A DNA stretch of 64,000 bases from a virus. Location: the IMG/VR virus record IMGVR_UViG_3300049617_000207, positions 1 through 64,000 of that record. One strand, written 5' to 3'. Positions 59,644-64,000 of this stretch are shown one piece after another (the stretch's first letter is position 1; every line of letters starts with the position of its first letter). A program made the position numbers and the translations under genes. The notes under the pieces were generated by a model that searched no databases, had not been told where the DNA came from, and worked only from the letters and a program-made list of their open reading frames with translations.

Positions 59644-60021
59644 TCACAGGCGCTCGCCCGTGGGCGCCCGGCGGGGGATCGGCGACTTCGACCGGGCGAC
59701 GATAGCGGCCCAGGCGCGCGATTCCGCGGCGGGCGGCACGCGGATCGTCCCCTTGGCCTCAAGCTCGCGCCCGAGCAGCCGCCCGTCGTAGACCTCGTGG
59801 CAGCCCCAACACCCACGGATCGCCACGTCCACGTGATCCCACGCCTTTGCGCACTCCGCGCGCCGGTAGACGTGGCACGTCGCGGCGGAGACGCTCGTAC
59901 ACCGGCGCCACGCGCCGCCCGCCCGGAGCTTCTCGAAGGCGCATTGCGGACCATCCCGCGCGAGCACCGCCGCCCGCTGCGCATCCTCGCGCTGCCGGGT
60001 GTCGTCGGTCTTGGGCTTCAT
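59644..60021 (-). CDS. HNH-like nuclease
   Basis: VLARDG..C...CHV...CWGCH. Confidence 0.5.
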   Translation of the reverse strand: MKPKTDDTRQREDAQRAAVLARDGPQCAFEKLRAGGAWRRCTSVSAATCHVYRRAECAKAWDHVDVAIRGCWGCHEVYDGRLLGRELEAKGTIRVPPAAESRAWAAIVARSKSPIPRRAPTGERL

Positions 60022-60035
60022 CCCGTTGCCCCGCC

Positions 60036-60371
60036 TCACGACGTGCCCGCCCGCAGCGACGTGCCCGCCCGCCCGGCCGCGGCCCACGGCGCGGCGGTGT
60101 CGGCCATCCGGTCGGGGCCGAGGCTTACCTCGGTGAGCGCCGGTAGCTCGCCGAGTACCTCGACGGCATCGACGAGGTCGCGTGTCACCCCGCCGAGCTT
60201 GCGGATCGCCTGGCGCATACTGCGCAGCGCGAAGAACCCGGCCTCGCTAATCTCGAAGGTGGACACCCGCGCGCCGCACCGCAAGCACTTGCGCCGACGC
60301 CGGATGATGTTCCCTAAGAGCTTGCGCGAGTCGATGACGCTCGTGTCGCCGCCGCAGGTATCGCAGGTCAT
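60036..60371 (-). CDS. NrdR N-terminal-like zinc-ribbon protein
   Basis: MTCDTCG..TSVIDSR..IRRRRKCLRCGARVSTFE. Confidence 0.8.
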   Translation of the reverse strand: MTCDTCGGDTSVIDSRKLLGNIIRRRRKCLRCGARVSTFEISEAGFFALRSMRQAIRKLGGVTRDLVDAVEVLGELPALTEVSLGPDRMADTAAPWAAAGRAGTSLRAGTS

Positions 60372-61039
60372 TGGGCCGCCCCGCGCCATACGGTGAGCTT
60401 CTTGCCGTGCGTCACCGGCCGGTCGCTCCGCACGACGGTCATCGTGTCGACGATAACGCCTTGGCGGGAGAGCGTGCGAAAGAGCGTGCCCGCGGCCTGC
60501 CGGTCTTTTGGCACGTCGATGTCCGCGCGGCCCGCGAGTAGCTCGTCGACCCGGTCCCACACATCGTCGGAGGTGAACGCCTCGCCGAGCCCCGCGCGTT
60601 CGCTAATCGCTTGCGACACGAGCGCAAGCCAGGCCGGATCGGCCTTGAGCGACGCGACGGCGACGGCGCGCTCCGTCACCTCGCGAGTCTTGGCCTTATT
60701 CCTCGTCCGAGTCGAGTTGGGCTTCGGCCTCGTAGACCAGGCGAAGAGATTCGGTTGCTCCATCCGTGGGCGTACCTTTCTCACCCATCCGTGGGCGAGC
60801 GTGCGGGCTGCTCGAAATGTGGTAGTGGCCCTCGGGACACGGGCCGTAGGCGTGGAAGTATCCCCGCATCGCGGGGTTGAGCCGCCCGATGTAGACCTCG
60901 GCCTGCCACATCGTGTAGAAGCGGCGCTTCGGGCGGTTGATCCGCGGGTTCATACAGGCCCGCGCGGGCCGCGCGGGCGCCACGTAGGGGATGCCGTGCC
61001 GGTTGCGCGGGAGCGCCCCGTCCGTGGGTGATCCGAACA

Positions 61040-62794
61040 TCACGACGCCTTACGACGCGGCGCGCGGATCGTCCCGCGGGCGAGCCCTAGCATGATCGCA
61101 TCGAGCGCCTCGATGGCCTCGTGCTTGGTCATGGTCGCGCTCGCCTCCACGTTGAACCGCCGCAGCGCCGCGCGCTGCTTCGCGGTCGCCGGTTCGCTGC
61201 GCCACTTCGCGTTCTTGTCCACGAAGATGCGCAGGTCGCCGCGGAAGTCCCGCACCCAAAGCTCGGCCTGCGCGAAGGCGAACCGAATCTCGTTATGCAC
61301 GCCGAGCGTCTCGTCGCGTGCGCCCTTGCGCGAGAGCGTCACCGTGTATTTGCCCAAGAGGTCGCCGCGGATCGTGACCGCCTCATTGCGCAAGTTTAGC
61401 CGGTACACATCGTCGCCCACCGGCGTCCACACCATATACGTGAACGCATCGAGCGTCGAGGGCATCGGCGGCGGCAGGAACATGTCGACCGGCACGTAGG
61501 TATGTTTTTCACGCGCGCGCTCCATGAGGTGCCGCACGAGCACGCCCATTTGCTCGGACTCACTTACCCCCGAGAGACGCGCGAGCATGCCCGCATCGTT
61601 GACGAGTGCGGCCACGAGCGGGTTATCGTTCATGAGGGCGGCGTGCTTGGCCGCGACGGCCACGACGGACCTGCCGCCCAGGTTGAAGGTCGGCGGCAGC
61701 CCGAGCAGCGTCGGCAGGTTCATAATCGAGTGGCGGCGCGTGGCATCGACAATGTCGATAACGGCGGCTTTTTTCTTGCCGGGGAAGAGGCGCGTGGCGC
61801 GCCCAATCATTTGACAATACAAAACGGGAGACTTCGTCGGCCGCGCGATGATGACGACCTCTAGGCTCGGCTCGTCCCAACCTTCGCAAAGCACGCCGCA
61901 ATTTGTCACAACGTCGTACGCGCCGTCGGTGAAGCCTGCGATGATCGCGCCCCGTTCGTCCTGATCGGTCGTGCCGTCGAGGTGCGCGGCGTTGAATCCG
62001 GCAAGAGAGAACATTTCCGCTAAGTGCTGCGAGTGCGCGACCGATGCGGCGAAGACGACGGCTTTGCGGCCGGGCGTGATGTCTTTGTAGGCGGCAATGA
62101 CGCGGGCGTTTCTCTCTGCGGTATCGACCGCGTTTGAGAGTTGGCCTGCGTTAAAGTCGCCTGCGACCGTCTTGACCGCATCGAGCGAGGTCTTCGTTTC
62201 CACCCGATAGCCTGCGAGCGGTACGAGTGCGCCGAGTTTCGTTAGCTCCGCGATGCCGATGCTGTAGGCGATAGCGTCATACGTGGCATCGAGCCCCACG
62301 TTATCCGAACGCTTGGGCGTAGCCGTCACGCCGACGTGGAGCGGGCCGCTCTGCGCGGTCACGCCGAAGGCGATGTAAATCTCCTGATAACTCGCGGACG
62401 GCGCGTGATGGCACTCGTCGGTCACGATGAGCGCCGGGACGCCCCACCGGCTCGCGAAGTCCGCCAGGCGCGCGCCTTGGAGGGTCTGCACGGAGGCTAC
62501 GCACACGCGATCCATCGGAGTCGCCCGGCTCTCGGCCTTCTCGATGCCTACCATCTCGCCCGGATTCTCACCGAGGTACTTTGCGCGCGCCTGCTGGACG
62601 AGTTCGTCCCGGTGCGCGAGAATCAGGATGCGGTCGGTCGGCCGTAAGCCGAGCCGCTTCCCTAAATGCGAGAAGAGGATCGTCTTTCCGGCGCCCGTGC
62701 TCATCGCGACGACCACGCGCCGCGCGCCGCGGGCGATGTGGTCGGCGACCGCGTCGAGTGCGGCGACTTGGTAGGGGCGAAGCGCGTAGGGCAT
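61040..62794 (-). CDS. SF2 DExH helicase
   Basis: LRPYQ, STGAGKT, DECHH, TATP, QMIGR; GGAGG RBS. Confidence 0.93.
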   Translation of the reverse strand: MPYALRPYQVAALDAVADHIARGARRVVVAMSTGAGKTILFSHLGKRLGLRPTDRILILAHRDELVQQARAKYLGENPGEMVGIEKAESRATPMDRVCVASVQTLQGARLADFASRWGVPALIVTDECHHAPSASYQEIYIAFGVTAQSGPLHVGVTATPKRSDNVGLDATYDAIAYSIGIAELTKLGALVPLAGYRVETKTSLDAVKTVAGDFNAGQLSNAVDTAERNARVIAAYKDITPGRKAVVFAASVAHSQHLAEMFSLAGFNAAHLDGTTDQDERGAIIAGFTDGAYDVVTNCGVLCEGWDEPSLEVVIIARPTKSPVLYCQMIGRATRLFPGKKKAAVIDIVDATRRHSIMNLPTLLGLPPTFNLGGRSVVAVAAKHAALMNDNPLVAALVNDAGMLARLSGVSESEQMGVLVRHLMERAREKHTYVPVDMFLPPPMPSTLDAFTYMVWTPVGDDVYRLNLRNEAVTIRGDLLGKYTVTLSRKGARDETLGVHNEIRFAFAQAELWVRDFRGDLRIFVDKNAKWRSEPATAKQRAALRRFNVEASATMTKHEAIEALDAIMLGLARGTIRAPRRKAS

Positions 62795-63217
62795 GTGGTA
62801 TCCTCCGGGGACGATGATACCATATAGCGCGCCGCAAGTCAAATGATGCGGGGCACCGCTCCGACTGTTTTCCCGCGCCTGGGGCGCCGTGTCCTACACG
62901 CGGGCAGCCACTTTTAGGATGCGGTGCGCGTTTAACTGAAAGCCGACCGCGGCCTCGCTGACACGCTCGCCAAACCGGCTATTGAAACCGGCCGTCACTT
63001 CGCGCAGCGTCATGGACGGGTAGTTGTCGCGCAGATAGGAGATGCGTTCGCCATCCGTGGGACCCCACCGTATTTGAGGAGTTCTTCGCATGGACGAAGA
63101 TCGTTCGTGCTAAAGTCTAGCTCCGCCTGGTTATCGGGCCGCCCGCGCCGTTAGTTAGTTAGTGCGGTGCCCCGGTTCACCTTGCATTTCGCGCGCTACT
63201 CTGTTAGGATTGGTGAC

Positions 63218-63787
63218 ATGATGACCCTACCCGCTACCGTCGACGACGCGCACCGTAAAGACGCACTCCGGCAAACCCTGCGCGCACTCGTGGCCGCAGG
63301 CGACACCGCCTCCGTGAAAGAGATAGGCAAAGAAGCCTACGCCACGTGTGCTCGCCTGGCAAACGAGATGCGTCCGCACAAAGACACGCTTGACGTCGTG
63401 CAAGACGTCATTTTAGAGCTTCTCGTCAATGATGGCCGCGAAGCCGTCAACGATCCCGACTTCGTGATCGCCCTCGAAGAGAAGAAGAGCGCGCGGCCGA
63501 TAACGGACCAGGCGGCGCTCTACGACGCGCTCCACGCCCTCACCGTCGACGGCGAGCCGATTCCCGAGGAGCTTCTACGTGAAGCCGCCTACATCGACTT
63601 GCCGCCGCCGCCGCTCCCGGCCAAAGTCACGAATCTCACAAAGATAAAGCCCTTAATCAAACGCTTCGGCAAGCCTATCCAAGACGCTATCGACGCATGC
63701 GTCTCGTATTCACCAAGCCCGCGGCGCCTGATATTCCGCCCGAAAGAAAAACATGCTGGAAACCCAATTAACGCCCTTACTCACTAA
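63218..63787 (+). CDS. hypothetical protein
   Basis: ATG 7 nt after TAGGAT -10 box. Confidence 0.65.
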   Translation: MMTLPATVDDAHRKDALRQTLRALVAAGDTASVKEIGKEAYATCARLANEMRPHKDTLDVVQDVILELLVNDGREAVNDPDFVIALEEKKSARPITDQAALYDALHALTVDGEPIPEELLREAAYIDLPPPPLPAKVTNLTKIKPLIKRFGKPIQDAIDACVSYSPSPRRLIFRPKEKHAGNPINALTH

Positions 63788-64000
63788 CGCCCTCGTCTCG
63801 CCCCGCCACTCCGACGTCCACACGAAAATCCGCGCCGTCTGCGATGCCGTGGGCAACATGAGCAAAGAGAGCCAAGGCCCCGGCTATAAATTCGTGTCCT
63901 ACGATTCGACGATGCAAGCCATTCGGCCGCACCTCTCCGCGCATCGGCTGCGCATTAAATTCTCGGAAGTCTCGTGCAGCGTCGACCCGAGCCTTAAAAC
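63753..64000 (+). CDS. ERF-like single-strand annealing protein (truncated by window end)
   Basis: MSKE..GYKFVSYD..QAIRPHL pattern. Confidence 0.5.
   Translation, partial: MLETQLTPLLTNALVSPRHSDVHTKIRAVCDAVGNMSKESQGPGYKFVSYDSTMQAIRPHLSAHRLRIKFSEVSCSVDPSLK

Overview
High-GC segment of a tailed dsDNA bacteriophage (Caudoviricetes). It has a parA-type partition pair and no integrase in this window, so it may be a plasmid-like temperate phage. The minus strand from 1 to 22 kb is the head/neck module: neck genes, major capsid protein, XkdF-like prohead protease/scaffold, two modular effector polyproteins built from a repeated EKALTLADIMK...RDxxG[KR][WF] linker, MuF and portal. The rest is mostly small accessory genes (DUF932, CsrA, DUF3310, SWIM, Uma2, OmpR-type wHTH, DHH, ParB, NrdR-like) driven by a repeated sigma70-like promoter. 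Dispersed among them are terL, a terS-like gene, a frameshifted DNA methyltransferase, ssb, an SF2 helicase and an ERF-like protein. Three loci stand out. (1) A transposase-less, catalytically intact TnpB cassette carries a heavily recoded replacement for the 3' end of the gene it sits in, while the original 3' end lies where the guide RNA should be, which suggests RNA-guided homing. (2) A tRNA with an alanine acceptor stem and a glycine anticodon is followed by a small antisense RNA with its own promoter, terminator and antiterminator. (3) The capsid-cargo polyproteins appear punctuated by prohead-protease sites. All product calls come from motif recognition by eye; no database searches were run.
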